Below are positions 1 through 7,985 of a stretch of 56,324 nucleotides of DNA, piece after piece. The stretch's first letter is position 1, and every line of letters begins with the position of its first letter. Below the pieces are notes generated by a model. The model searched no databases and was not told the DNA's origin. It saw only the letters and a program-made list of their open reading frames with translations. Both the position numbers and the translations under genes were made by a program. This stretch comes from an uncultured Brevinematales bacterium (GTDB taxonomy: Bacteria > Spirochaetota > Brevinematia > Brevinematales > JAOACQ01), in the NCBI GenBank assembly GCA_964392785.1, contig CAYMRH010000003.1:1-56324 (forward strand). The letters are read 5' to 3'.

Positions 1-1
1 A

Positions 2-1033
2 ATCCTGGACGCTGACCGTGAAGGACAAGGACGGCAAAACCGTCCGGACCCTGACGAGGACGATCTTCCCCGCGCCGTGGAACTGCTCGCGCTGTCCCTG
101 ACCAACCGCTCTTTTCACGGGCTGGTCCTGGAAGAAAAGAAATTCAACGCCATCCGCGCGCTGGACGAATTCCGCCGGAACCCGGACGCAACCGCCCACG
201 CCCGCCACGAGATCCGGCGCATGGTTTACGGAAAGTCCGGACCCGGTCTGGACGCGTTCGCCACAGCCGCCGACTACCTGGACACGACCCTGACCAACAT
301 CCGGGACTATTACGACTCTTTCTACCGCCCGGAAAACATGGTTATCGTGGTGACGGGTCGCGTCCCGTTAAAAGAGGTCCTGGGGAAAATTTCCGCGTCT
401 TTAGGCCGATGGAAACCGCCCGCTCCGGCCCCGGACCGCGCCCTCAAACCCCGCGCGGCCCTGCCGCTCGCTCCCGAAAAGAACGCGACCAACCGCGTCA
501 CGCTCCCGGTCATGCAGTCCATCGTCATGATGGCCGCGCCGTCCGCCCCCTATTCCGACATGACGAACTACATTGCCCTGTCGCTGGCCAACCAGATCTT
601 CGGCGGCGGCGGCCTGACATCGCGCCTGTCCCGCACCATCCGCGACCGACACGGTCTCACCTACGGCGTTTACACCTACCTGGTCCCGGTCGGCGACGAA
701 AGCGTTTACTACCTGTTCATGCAGAACGCGGGGCGGGACGTTCCCCTGGCGCTCCGCCTGTACCGTGACGAACTGGAACGATACAGGACGGAAGGACCCA
801 ACGACCTGGAGATCGCCAAGTTCAAGACCAGCCTTCTGTCCGGCGTGGTGTTCCATTACGAAAACAGCCCCTCCATCGCGAACCAGCTCCTGTACTTCGA
901 GATGCGCCGCAACGACCCGCGCGGAGACGGGCAGTTCATCCGCATCCTGCACGGCCTGGACCGGGACCGGATCATGAACGCCGTGCGCAGCGGTTTTCCG
1001 GCCCGATATTTTATTTCCATAGCGGGAGAATGA
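2..1033 (+). CDS. M16 (insulinase/pitrilysin) family peptidase, C-terminal part; 5' end lies upstream of the window
   Basis: The reading frame is open from nt 2 with no stop, so the first listed start at 77 (GTG) is internal. The protein composition and length fit the inactive C-terminal domain of M16 peptidases. Stop at 1031-1033. Confidence 0.6.
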   Translation: MLDADREGQGRQNRPDPDEDDLPRAVELLALSLTNRSFHGLVLEEKKFNAIRALDEFRRNPDATAHARHEIRRMVYGKSGPGLDAFATAADYLDTTLTNIRDYYDSFYRPENMVIVVTGRVPLKEVLGKISASLGRWKPPAPAPDRALKPRAALPLAPEKNATNRVTLPVMQSIVMMAAPSAPYSDMTNYIALSLANQIFGGGGLTSRLSRTIRDRHGLTYGVYTYLVPVGDESVYYLFMQNAGRDVPLALRLYRDELERYRTEGPNDLEIAKFKTSLLSGVVFHYENSPSIANQLLYFEMRRNDPRGDGQFIRILHGLDRDRIMNAVRSGFPARYFISIAGE

Positions 1034-1034
1034 C

Positions 1035-1436
1035 ATGACGGAAGCGTCCCTGCGCCTGGACAAGTGGCTGAAAACCGCGCGGTTCTTCAAACGCCGCGAG
1101 GACGCCTCCGACGCCGTGGAAGGCGGGGCGGTCAAGGTGAACGGGGAGCGCGTGAAGCCCTCCAAAACCGTGAAAGCGGGGGACACGCTCACCGTCCGGA
1201 AGGGCAGCGCGTACAGGAATTACCGCGTGCTGGGCGTGGCGGCCAAACCCGTGAGCGTGGCCGACGCGCGCCGTCTTTACGAATGCCTGGACACGGATTC
1301 TGACAGCCGGACTCCCGAGCAGAAGGAAATCCTGAAGGAACTGGAGCGGATCGAGCGGGAGAACCGCAAGCTCTGGCGGGAAAAGCCGGACAAGAAAAAG
1401 ATGCGGGAACTCCGGAGCCGGAAGTACGGGCAGTAG
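1035..1436 (+). CDS. hslR: S4-domain ribosome-associated heat shock protein Hsp15
   Basis: Starts 2 nt after the previous stop. N-terminal RLDKWLKTARFFKRR plus VKVNGERVKPSKTVKAGDTLTV matches the Hsp15/S4 RNA-binding fold. Basic C-terminal tail. Confidence 0.7.
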   Translation: MTEASLRLDKWLKTARFFKRREDASDAVEGGAVKVNGERVKPSKTVKAGDTLTVRKGSAYRNYRVLGVAAKPVSVADARRLYECLDTDSDSRTPEQKEILKELERIERENRKLWREKPDKKKMRELRSRKYGQ

Positions 1437-1536
1437 AGAAACAGGACTTTTCTAAAAGTGCGCTCTATGGTCTCCCCGAGCCCTTCGTCTCCCGGTCTGC
1501 CGAACAACCCTTCCGGCACGGCTCATCCGGACGGAC

Positions 1537-1572
1537 TTGACAATTCGTACTATTAACAGTATTATTAATAGT
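1537..1572 (+). promoter_or_regulatory. Sigma70-like promoter overlapped by an 8 bp-arm inverted repeat; candidate autoregulatory operator of the YefM/RelE pair
   Basis: TTGACA at 1537-1542, a 17 nt spacer, then TATTAT at 1560-1565. Inverted repeat ACTATTAA (1549-1556) / TTAATAGT (1565-1572) with an 8 nt spacer. GGAGG ribosome-binding site at 1583-1587 before the ATG at 1593. Confidence 0.5.
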
Positions 1573-1592
1573 CCTGACAACGGAGGCCTTCC

Positions 1593-1850
1593 ATGAGCGC
1601 CACGATCACCGCCAACGAACTGAAAACCCGGGGCATCCGCGCCATTGGCCGCGCCATGGAAGACTCCGGAGAAGCCTTTATTACGGTCCGCGGAAAACCC
1701 GAGTTTGTGGTCCTTCCCGTCCGTTCCTATAACAAATTCCGGGAACTGGAACTGGAAATCGCCATCCAGGAATCGCGACGCGACCTGAAGAAAGGCAAAT
1801 TCCGCCGGGGATCGGCGGCGGAGCATATCAAGAGAATCCGGAATGCCTAG
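1593..1850 (+). CDS. Type II antitoxin, Phd/YefM family
   Basis: 85 aa with a YefM-like N-terminus (ITANELKTRGIRAIGRAMEDSGEAFITVRGKPEFVVLPVRSY). Overlaps the downstream toxin gene by 8 nt. Confidence 0.7.
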   Translation: MSATITANELKTRGIRAIGRAMEDSGEAFITVRGKPEFVVLPVRSYNKFRELELEIAIQESRRDLKKGKFRRGSAAEHIKRIRNA

Positions 1851-2115
1851 GCTGATCTTCACGGACAGTTACGAAAAGAGGGCCCGGCGCTTTCTCCGGC
1901 GCCATCCTGATATCCTCGGCGCCTACCAGAAAACCCTGGAATTGCTGGAATTGAATCCCCGTCACCCGTCCCTGCGTCTTCACAAACTCCGGGGTCGGTT
2001 GTCCGAATACTATTCCGTATCCATCAACATGAGCTGCCGGATCTGTATCGATCTGACCATGGAGCAGGACACCGTAATCCCCGTGTCCGTGGGCACGCAT
2101 GACGAGATCTACTGA
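1843..2115 (+). CDS. Type II toxin, RelE/ParE family
   Basis: 90 aa. FTDSYEKRARRFLRRHPDILGAYQKTLELLELNPRHPSLRLHKLRGRLSEYYSVSIN...RICI is the RelE/ParE consensus pattern. Translationally coupled to the upstream antitoxin. Confidence 0.65.
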   Translation: MPRLIFTDSYEKRARRFLRRHPDILGAYQKTLELLELNPRHPSLRLHKLRGRLSEYYSVSINMSCRICIDLTMEQDTVIPVSVGTHDEIY

Positions 2116-2151
2116 AGCAACGGGTTGTTCCACGCAATAAAAAAAGAAAAA

Positions 2152-2172
2152 GGGGGAGCCGAAAAGCTCCCC
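2152..2172 (-). terminator. Rho-independent terminator hairpin downstream of flgM; also closes the convergent toxin gene
   Basis: GGGGGAGC-cgaaa-GCTCCCCC stem-loop. A T-rich tract follows on the minus strand (complement of aataaaaaaagaaaaa at 2136-2151). Confidence 0.5.
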
Positions 2173-2208
2173 CTCTATTCCGTTACGGTGTTTTCTGATT
2201 GGGGCGGA

Positions 2209-2496
2209 TTACAGACCCAGCGCCTTCATGATGCGTTCGGCGACGGTCTTCAGGACTTCCTCGTTGTTGTAATCGCCGCGTTCGATTTTCGCCTTGACTT
2301 CGTCTATCTTGTCCTGGCGGATGTCCGGGGCCTTGTTGACCAGTTCCCGGATCTTCTCCTGTTCGGCCAGCTGTTTGGCTTCCCGGGAGATCTCGGCGAC
2401 ATCGGCACTTGTGGAAGTATCCGTCTTCCGCGTCACTTTACTGGTTTTCGCTTCCGTGTTGACCTTCTGGACTCCGTCCACTCCGCGAATTTCCAT
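2209..2496 (-). CDS. flgM: Anti-sigma-28 factor FlgM
   Basis: The C-terminal DIRQDKIDEVKAKIERGDYNNEEVLKTVAERIMKALGL is the FlgM signature. The preferred start is the ATG at 2496 (MEIRGV...), preceded by AAGGAGG. The ORF listed from 2514 adds 6 residues without a ribosome-binding site. Confidence 0.65.
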   Translation of the reverse strand: MEIRGVDGVQKVNTEAKTSKVTRKTDTSTSADVAEISREAKQLAEQEKIRELVNKAPDIRQDKIDEVKAKIERGDYNNEEVLKTVAERIMKALGL

Positions 2497-2523
2497 AAAG
2501 TGCCTCCTTTCCATCCATGGATA

Positions 2524-2551
2524 TTTTCGGCCTGTTTTTCACTAATCTTTA
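2524..2551 (-). promoter_or_regulatory. Sigma28 (FliA)-type promoter upstream of flgM
   Basis: On the minus strand TAAAG (2551-2547), a 15 nt spacer, then GCCGAAAA (2531-2524). Consensus is TAAA-N15-GCCGATAA. It lies about 30 nt upstream of the flgM start. Confidence 0.4.
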
Positions 2552-2607
2552 GGATCCTGACTGTTCCTTATTATACCCCCGGGAGCCGAATAAAGCCAAT
2601 CCGGGGC

Positions 2608-3297
2608 CTATTCCAATTCCTTCCCTGGCTTCAAGTTATTTCTCACGGCCAGGGTAAATTCCCCTCTTTCTTCCAGGGGTCCCTCCAGCAGGCGCTCCGC
2701 CGTGCCGGTCCTGAATTCCTCGTTCGCCTTGGTCATTTCCCTTCCCATTAATATTTCGGCATTTCCGAAAATTTGCTGAATCTGGCCCAGGACTTTCCTG
2801 ATCTGGTGGGAAGAGACGTATAAAACCAGGGTACAATCCAGTTCTTTATATTTATACAGCTCTTTCCGGATCTTTCCTTCCGATTTGGACAAAAAACCCG
2901 CGAAAACGACGGTCCCGCCGGAAAAACCGCACACGGACAACAAGGTTGTGAGCGCGCTCGGCCCCGGCACGGGCACCACGGCCATGCCGTTTTTCCGCGC
3001 TTCTTCCACGGCAAACCGGCCGGGATCGGATACGCCCGGAACGCCGGCGTCCGTCACCAGCGCCACGGATTGGCCCGACTGGAGCAGTTTGACGATTCCG
3101 TTCGCGCTGTTTCTTTCGTTGGCGGGAGAATACTCGATCAGGCGCTTATGGATGCCGTAATGGTTGAGAAGTTTCAGGTGGCGTTCCCGGTTTTCGCAGG
3201 CGATCACGTCCGCGGCTTTTAGGACCTCCAGGGCCCGGAGCGTGATGTCGGCCAGGTTGCCGATGGGCGTGGCGACCACGAAGAGCGTTCCGCTCAT
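2608..3297 (-). CDS. rsmI: 16S rRNA (cytidine1402-2'-O)-methyltransferase RsmI
   Basis: MSGTLFVVATPIGNLADITLRALEVLKAADVIACE... is the tetrapyrrole-methylase-fold RsmI N-terminus. The start ATG at 3297 overlaps the folD stop (ATGA). The listed 334 aa ORF carries a spurious 105 aa Arg/Gly-rich extension read through folD. Confidence 0.85.
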   Translation of the reverse strand: MSGTLFVVATPIGNLADITLRALEVLKAADVIACENRERHLKLLNHYGIHKRLIEYSPANERNSANGIVKLLQSGQSVALVTDAGVPGVSDPGRFAVEEARKNGMAVVPVPGPSALTTLLSVCGFSGGTVVFAGFLSKSEGKIRKELYKYKELDCTLVLYVSSHQIRKVLGQIQQIFGNAEILMGREMTKANEEFRTGTAERLLEGPLEERGEFTLAVRNNLKPGKELE

Positions 3298-4154
3298 TCC
3301 AGGGTCTCGTTCTGGAGGCGGGCCAGTTTCAGGGTGTTGTCCAAAAGCATGGCCACCGTCATGAGCCCCACGCCGCCGGGCACGGGCGTAATGGCGGCGG
3401 TTTTGGGCGCCACGGCGTCGTAATCCACGTCCCCGACCACTCGGTACCCCTTGGGCAGCGAGGTATCCGGCACGCGGTTGATGCCCACGTCCACGACCAC
3501 GGCCCCGTCCTTGACGAAGTCGGCCGTCACGAAGCGCGGCTTGCCGATGGCGGCCACCAGAACGTCCGCCTCGCGGCACACGGCCTGCAGGTTCCTGGTT
3601 TTGGAATGGCACACCGTGACCGTGGCGTTTTTCTGCAGCAGGAGAATGGCCGCCGGTTTTCCCACGATGTTGCTCCTGCCCAGCACCACCGCGTTCTTGC
3701 CGTAAAGGTCCACCTGGTAGTGGTCCAGCATGCGGATAATGCCCTTGGGCGTGCAGGGTTCCGCCACGGCGCTACCCGCGAAGAGCTTCCCGAAATTGTA
3801 GGGATGAAAACAGTCCACGTCCTTGCCGGGGTCGATCGCATCGATCACGCGGCTTTCGTCAATATGATCCGGCACGGGCATCTGCACCAGGATTCCGTTC
3901 ACGGTCGCGTCCGCGTTCAGTTCCCGGATTTTGTCCAGAAGCGCCGCTTCCTCGGTGTCCGCGGGCATGCGGATCACCAGCGACTGGATACCGGTTTCCC
4001 GGCACCCCTTTTCCTTGGAGGCCACGTAGCTGGCGGAAGCCCCGTCGTCACCCACCAGGATCACGGCCAGTTTGACCGGCTTGCCGAACGCGGCCACTTC
4101 CGTCTTGACCCGGTTGCGTTCGATTTCCGCGAGCGATTTACCGTCCAGGATCAT
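3294..4154 (-). CDS. folD: Bifunctional methylenetetrahydrofolate dehydrogenase/cyclohydrolase FolD
   Basis: 286 aa collinear with FolD (ILVGDDGASASYVASKEK..., GILVQMPVP, VVLGRSNIVGKP, PGGVGLMTVAML). Confidence 0.9.
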   Translation of the reverse strand: MILDGKSLAEIERNRVKTEVAAFGKPVKLAVILVGDDGASASYVASKEKGCRETGIQSLVIRMPADTEEAALLDKIRELNADATVNGILVQMPVPDHIDESRVIDAIDPGKDVDCFHPYNFGKLFAGSAVAEPCTPKGIIRMLDHYQVDLYGKNAVVLGRSNIVGKPAAILLLQKNATVTVCHSKTRNLQAVCREADVLVAAIGKPRFVTADFVKDGAVVVDVGINRVPDTSLPKGYRVVGDVDYDAVAPKTAAITPVPGGVGLMTVAMLLDNTLKLARLQNETLE

Positions 4155-4572
4155 CGGTTTCTCCGTCCTGTTTTTCTTTCGTGTCCTTTTCCGCTTTGTC
4201 CCCGGCCATGCCGGAAATCTGGTCCGCGGACAGTGTGACCGGTTCCCATTTTTTGATGTGAAGGACTTTTTCCTCGAATTCCCGCGCCAGCTTTTCCTCT
4301 TCCCGGTCGCGCCGGTCTTCCATAAGAAGCATGTGGACCACCGCGGCGGCCTTCTGCGCGAAATCGTCGATCACTTTCTGGTGCCCGGCCCTTTTGTAGA
4401 GCTTGACCGCGGCCACCTGCTTTTTTTCGTCGAAATAGAGGTGATCCGCCACGCGGATAATGCCGTCCCTGTAATCCGTGGCCAGATAGACCTTGAGCGC
4501 GTTCTTGAAATCGCCGCCGTTGAACAGCTCGTTGCCGCGCCGGATCAGCGCCGCCCGGTCGGATTCGTCCAT
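4138..4572 (-). CDS. Hypothetical protein, Lys/Glu-rich
   Basis: 144 aa ORF with protein-like composition and no recognised motif. Its stop overlaps the folD start by 17 nt. Confidence 0.4.
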   Translation of the reverse strand: MDESDRAALIRRGNELFNGGDFKNALKVYLATDYRDGIIRVADHLYFDEKKQVAAVKLYKRAGHQKVIDDFAQKAAAVVHMLLMEDRRDREEEKLAREFEEKVLHIKKWEPVTLSADQISGMAGDKAEKDTKEKQDGETDDPGR

Positions 4573-5696
4573 GGCGCCTTGCCTCCGGGGTGATTATAGC
4601 ACGGGGGGGAGGGTTTTGGAAGAATATTCGTTGCCACGGAGGGCCCCACAAAATTGCCACGAAGACACAAAGGCACAGAGAGCTCATGATAACCGCTCAG
4701 GGGGCCAGGCTACGAGTCATTTCGATTTGCGACATCCGCTCGCCCTCTCGACGCGGCTCGGGGCAGGCTCGCGGGCAAAAAGGGCTCCGCCCTTTTCAAA
4801 CCGTGCGATTGACGCAGCCCTTGCCTTGATTAAATATTATATCGATTTCACATCACGGTGCGGAACCGCCAACTTCAGTAGGGGCGCGACCACTACTGCA
4901 CCGCGCCATTTCTTTTCATAAAATCAGTGATCCTGGCAGGATGGGCATGCGCTCGCCGCGCGGGCGAAAAGGGCTCCGCCCTTTTCAATCCCTATTCGCG
5001 CCGCTCTCTCAAGGGTAAGAGCGTCGGGCAGAAACGCCTGGGGTGAGAATCGGGGATATTTCGCATCCGGAGCCCACGACGGGCGACGTACTTTCGCCGA
5101 CAGGATGTCCAGGCGAAAGTGCTTCCATGGATTGAATTGATATACGTAATCCCGCACTCACAACATCCTGTTCGTGCGGGACCTCCGCATCCTGCTTCGG
5201 TCCCCTCACCGAAGGACATCACGTTCGGCAGGCTCAGTGCAGGCCCTGTCCTTCTCAGAAGAGCCGCATTTCTTCCCTGAAGAAGAAGCGAGAGCTAAGC
5301 GCGCGGAGATTGTTTTGATTTGGGATTGGCCTCCCGCGCATACGAGTGGCTAAGGCGCGTGGGGGATAGGAACGGAGAAACGGGAGAACGAATAGGTGTT
5401 AAAGAAATCCCGCTCTCCGAGCGTGCAGCACCTGCACGCAGGTGCTGGACGGCCGAGGAGAGCTAAGGCGCGCGAGGGGTAATGAACGGAAGAACGAATC
5501 GGCATAACAACTCGCTCTCCGTGGTTCGACACGGCCGCCGCGATAAATCAATGATCCGCCGTCGCCAGTATTCCTTGGCCCGAAATCCGAAGAATACCAC
5601 CATATGGCGTCAGAACTGTTTATTGGAAAATTATAGATAGCTGAAAAGGCAATACCTGTAATATGCAGCAGGAAAACTAGAATTATGCCTAACTTC
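4573..5696. repeat. 1.1 kb non-coding, repeat- and hairpin-rich region
   Basis: No credible ORF in any frame. Two copies of a ~30 nt hairpin repeat, CGCGGGCRAAAAGGGCTCCGCCCTTTTCAA, at 4771-4800 and 4961-4990. Degenerate ~70 bp direct repeats at about 5346-5420 and 5461-5525 (GCTAAGGCGCGYG...GAACGGARAA...GAACGAAT...CGCTCTCCG). A long imperfect hairpin at 5412-5463 (GCTCTCC...CAGCACCTGC ac GCAGGTGCTG...GGAGAGC). One copy of the CCACGAAGACACAAAGGCACAGAGAG motif at 4657-4683. Confidence 0.5.
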
Positions 5697-7625
5697 CTAA
5701 TATTCACATATTACCCCGTTTATTGATTTTAAATATGTACTGCCATTAGTGAGCGTCGCATTAATTATCACGCTCTCATTATTTATCCCAATTACTTGTG
5801 TTGCTAATGCGTTTTTAAAAGTAACAACATTGATTATATTGTTTAACTTGTTCACAAGGACAATCAAACCTCTTTCTTCTCCTTTTAATACATAATAACC
5901 GTTGATCACACTAATATTATTATTATTTAAATAGACATTGTGTTCTCGCCCAGGAGAAAATAAAAAATAATACTGATCACTTACACCATTCTCAAAATCA
6001 TATCTTTTTCCATCAATCACAAGAGGTTTGTTCTTAAATACGTTATTATTTACGATACCTGATTTTCCTTTTAAATCTTTCACTTTCGCAAAAGCATTCC
6101 AGTTATTATATGCATCGATAATTGTCATGCCCGCTTTTTCAAATTCTTCTTTCTTGATATCAATATTAATATTGTAACCAGGCACTTCTCCGGTTAAATA
6201 GCCTTCCCAAACCGGGCCATTATAATCATTAATATATGGCACTATTAAAACAACATTCTTTACGGTGCCAACAGTAATCTTGGCTTCCTTTTCTGAAAAT
6301 ACTACCCGGTTATTTGGATTGTCATATAAATGCTCCAGCCCGGCTTCAACATGAAAATTACCATCTATCCACACTTCTTTTATCTTGTTCAGCGACGTGT
6401 CGTAACTATATAAAGTTATTCTAGTCTTTTGCACCCAGTTGTTTTTAACTACAATATTGTTAATCTGATTCATGTAGTAACGATAATCAGTCCCGTATTG
6501 TTCGCTATCGAATATCTTCTTCTCCAAATCAATAAGACCTGCCGGTTTGAATACTTCAAAAACAGCTATCATTCCATAAAAGTTGATTACTGGATAACGG
6601 AATAATGCATATTGAATACTGTTAATATTGGTGATTACGGGAATATCTTTATAGATCTTTCTGATATAGTTGAAGTTGTAGCCCAGAAGATCTTCCAGCA
6701 CAACTACTTTACCGTTTTTTCTGAGCAATGTTTTATCTTTTCTTGTGTTAGGAAATAACTTTGATGCTTCTGGAGTCTTATATTTCAATTTACCTATTAA
6801 TAACGTTTCGTCAATGTTTCCTCTGGAAAGATTTGGGTCAACCGAATAACCATTTGGCACAAAGAACTTTATATAATCGTTTTCTTTAAACTTTGTCTGA
6901 TTCGAATATTTTGTTGTGCTAGGAACTTCTACTGAAATAAACTTCTCAATCTGTACCGATTTCGCCACCAATTCCTTCGTTTCTATATTCTGAACGTTCA
7001 TCCAGCCCGTTTTCCCGCTGTCACTCACCACCAAGAATCTTTCCCCGTTGCCTTTCAACACGCGATATTTTTCGTTGGAAGTAACGGTTTCAATACTATT
7101 TTGAGACAACGGGTTGTCAAAATTATCTTTTGGAGAATAAGGCGTGTCATAGATCAAAGCCGGGCTTTTAGCAGTAAACACATTATCTTTTACTTTTAAG
7201 AATTTGCTTGAATCCCAATCTGCAAGAGCGCTTCTCAGCACCCAGCCACCCTTCGACAGGCTCAGGGTCCGGCTTTGTGCGCTTTGTGGCTTAGTGGTGA
7301 GCACTACCCTTGCCCAGCCGTCTTTCACCTCGTACATCCTCACCCTGTCGTACTTCATCACCTGCTCCGGGGCGTTTTTTCCGTCCCCGGCTTCAGGATT
7401 ATAAAATGCGGGCGTTTTGTCGGCCGGGATGTTTGGGAACAGGATCGCGTTGTTCTTGACGCAATACATGTCTTTGTATTTGCCGGAAGGGATGTCTGCG
7501 TCTTTTGTCTCTGCCGGGACCATGTCAGAGCCGGCCGTTTGATCAGCGGCATAAAGGGGTTTCTCAAATGCATTAATACCGAACAACGCCGCCAGAAAGA
7601 CAAGAATGGAAAGGATCAGTTTCAT
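5697..7625 (-). CDS. Secreted hypothetical protein with a compositionally chimeric gene
   Basis: 642 aa with signal peptide MKLILSILVFLAALFGINAFEKPLYAA. The 5' third (about 7000-7625) has genome-typical GC. The 3' two thirds (5697 to about 7000) are strongly AT-rich with Asn/Lys/Ile/Tyr-rich sequence. No known domain recognised. Confidence 0.6.
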   Translation of the reverse strand: MKLILSILVFLAALFGINAFEKPLYAADQTAGSDMVPAETKDADIPSGKYKDMYCVKNNAILFPNIPADKTPAFYNPEAGDGKNAPEQVMKYDRVRMYEVKDGWARVVLTTKPQSAQSRTLSLSKGGWVLRSALADWDSSKFLKVKDNVFTAKSPALIYDTPYSPKDNFDNPLSQNSIETVTSNEKYRVLKGNGERFLVVSDSGKTGWMNVQNIETKELVAKSVQIEKFISVEVPSTTKYSNQTKFKENDYIKFFVPNGYSVDPNLSRGNIDETLLIGKLKYKTPEASKLFPNTRKDKTLLRKNGKVVVLEDLLGYNFNYIRKIYKDIPVITNINSIQYALFRYPVINFYGMIAVFEVFKPAGLIDLEKKIFDSEQYGTDYRYYMNQINNIVVKNNWVQKTRITLYSYDTSLNKIKEVWIDGNFHVEAGLEHLYDNPNNRVVFSEKEAKITVGTVKNVVLIVPYINDYNGPVWEGYLTGEVPGYNINIDIKKEEFEKAGMTIIDAYNNWNAFAKVKDLKGKSGIVNNNVFKNKPLVIDGKRYDFENGVSDQYYFLFSPGREHNVYLNNNNISVINGYYVLKGEERGLIVLVNKLNNIINVVTFKNALATQVIGINNESVIINATLTNGSTYLKSINGVICEY

Positions 7626-7689
7626 GGTGTTGGCTCCAACAAATATTGATCTGCTGTTATTTTAGCCGTTCGCCCGGCCCTTCGATATA

Positions 7690-7862
7690 CGGCCTCGACT
7701 TCGGCCTCACCGGCGTCTCGATAGTCCGGCAAAGCAAGGAGCGGTGAACTCGACGACCGGTTCGGCCGAGACTTCGGTCCCCGAGCGATGCCCTGAGCTC
7801 AGCCGAACGGGTTTACGGCTTCCTCGTCCAGCAGCACTATCGAGGGGCCGAAGTCGAGGCCG
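7690..7862. repeat. Large imperfect palindrome between the ribD-like gene end and the start of the 642 aa gene
   Basis: Perfect 17 bp arms CGGCCTCGACTTCGGCC (7690-7706) and GGCCGAAGTCGAGGCCG (7846-7862). Nested arms TCGATAGT and CACTATCGA. Can fold into a ~170 nt hairpin. Confidence 0.5.
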
Positions 7863-7985
7863 CCACACTCCTTTATGAGTTCTCTGCGTCATCGCGTGAT
7901 CGGATTCCGCGCCTGCCCCAAGCCGTCACCCTGAGCGGAGCCTGCGGTGAGCTTGTCGAACCGTCGAAGGCAGCATTTTCATTAT

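Noticed and set aside
401-1192. Long ORFs antisense to, or in alternative frames of, confirmed genes throughout the GC-rich parts. Examples are 401..1192-, 7873..8436-, 7947..8969+, 9624..10415+, 11064..11777+, 11638..12390+, 11699..12511-, 12538..13539+, 12581..13657-, 13696..14916+, 15309..15902-, 16617..17216-, 16634..17434+, 17865..19574-, 18308..19570+, 19463..20287-, 20638..21246-, 21391..22611-, 24070..25338+, 26425..28107-, 26517..27488+, 27498..28328-, 30212..31504-, 44651..45514+, 46206..47990+, 48977..49984-, 49997..50668-, 51981..52862+, 52991..54304+, 54968..55561+ and 55609..56208+.
   Set aside because: Their Arg/Gly/Pro/His-rich composition is typical of shadow frames in high-GC DNA. 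Each overlaps a gene with clear family motifs on the other strand or frame.
2125-2751. The plus-strand 208 aa ORF and a plus-strand sigma28-like CCGAATAA box near 2575
   Set aside because: The ORF is antisense to flgM and Leu/Phe-rich junk. A plus-strand promoter there would drive no gene.
2608-3612. The 334 aa version of the rsmI ORF
   Set aside because: Its first 105 residues are an Arg/Gly repeat read through the folD coding region. The RsmI N-terminus (MSGTLFVVATPIGN) starts at the ATG at 3297, which overlaps the folD stop.
4771-4990. A possible CRISPR array suggested by the repeated 30 nt palindromic element
   Set aside because: There are only two copies, about 190 bp apart, with no regular spacer architecture and no cas genes in the window.
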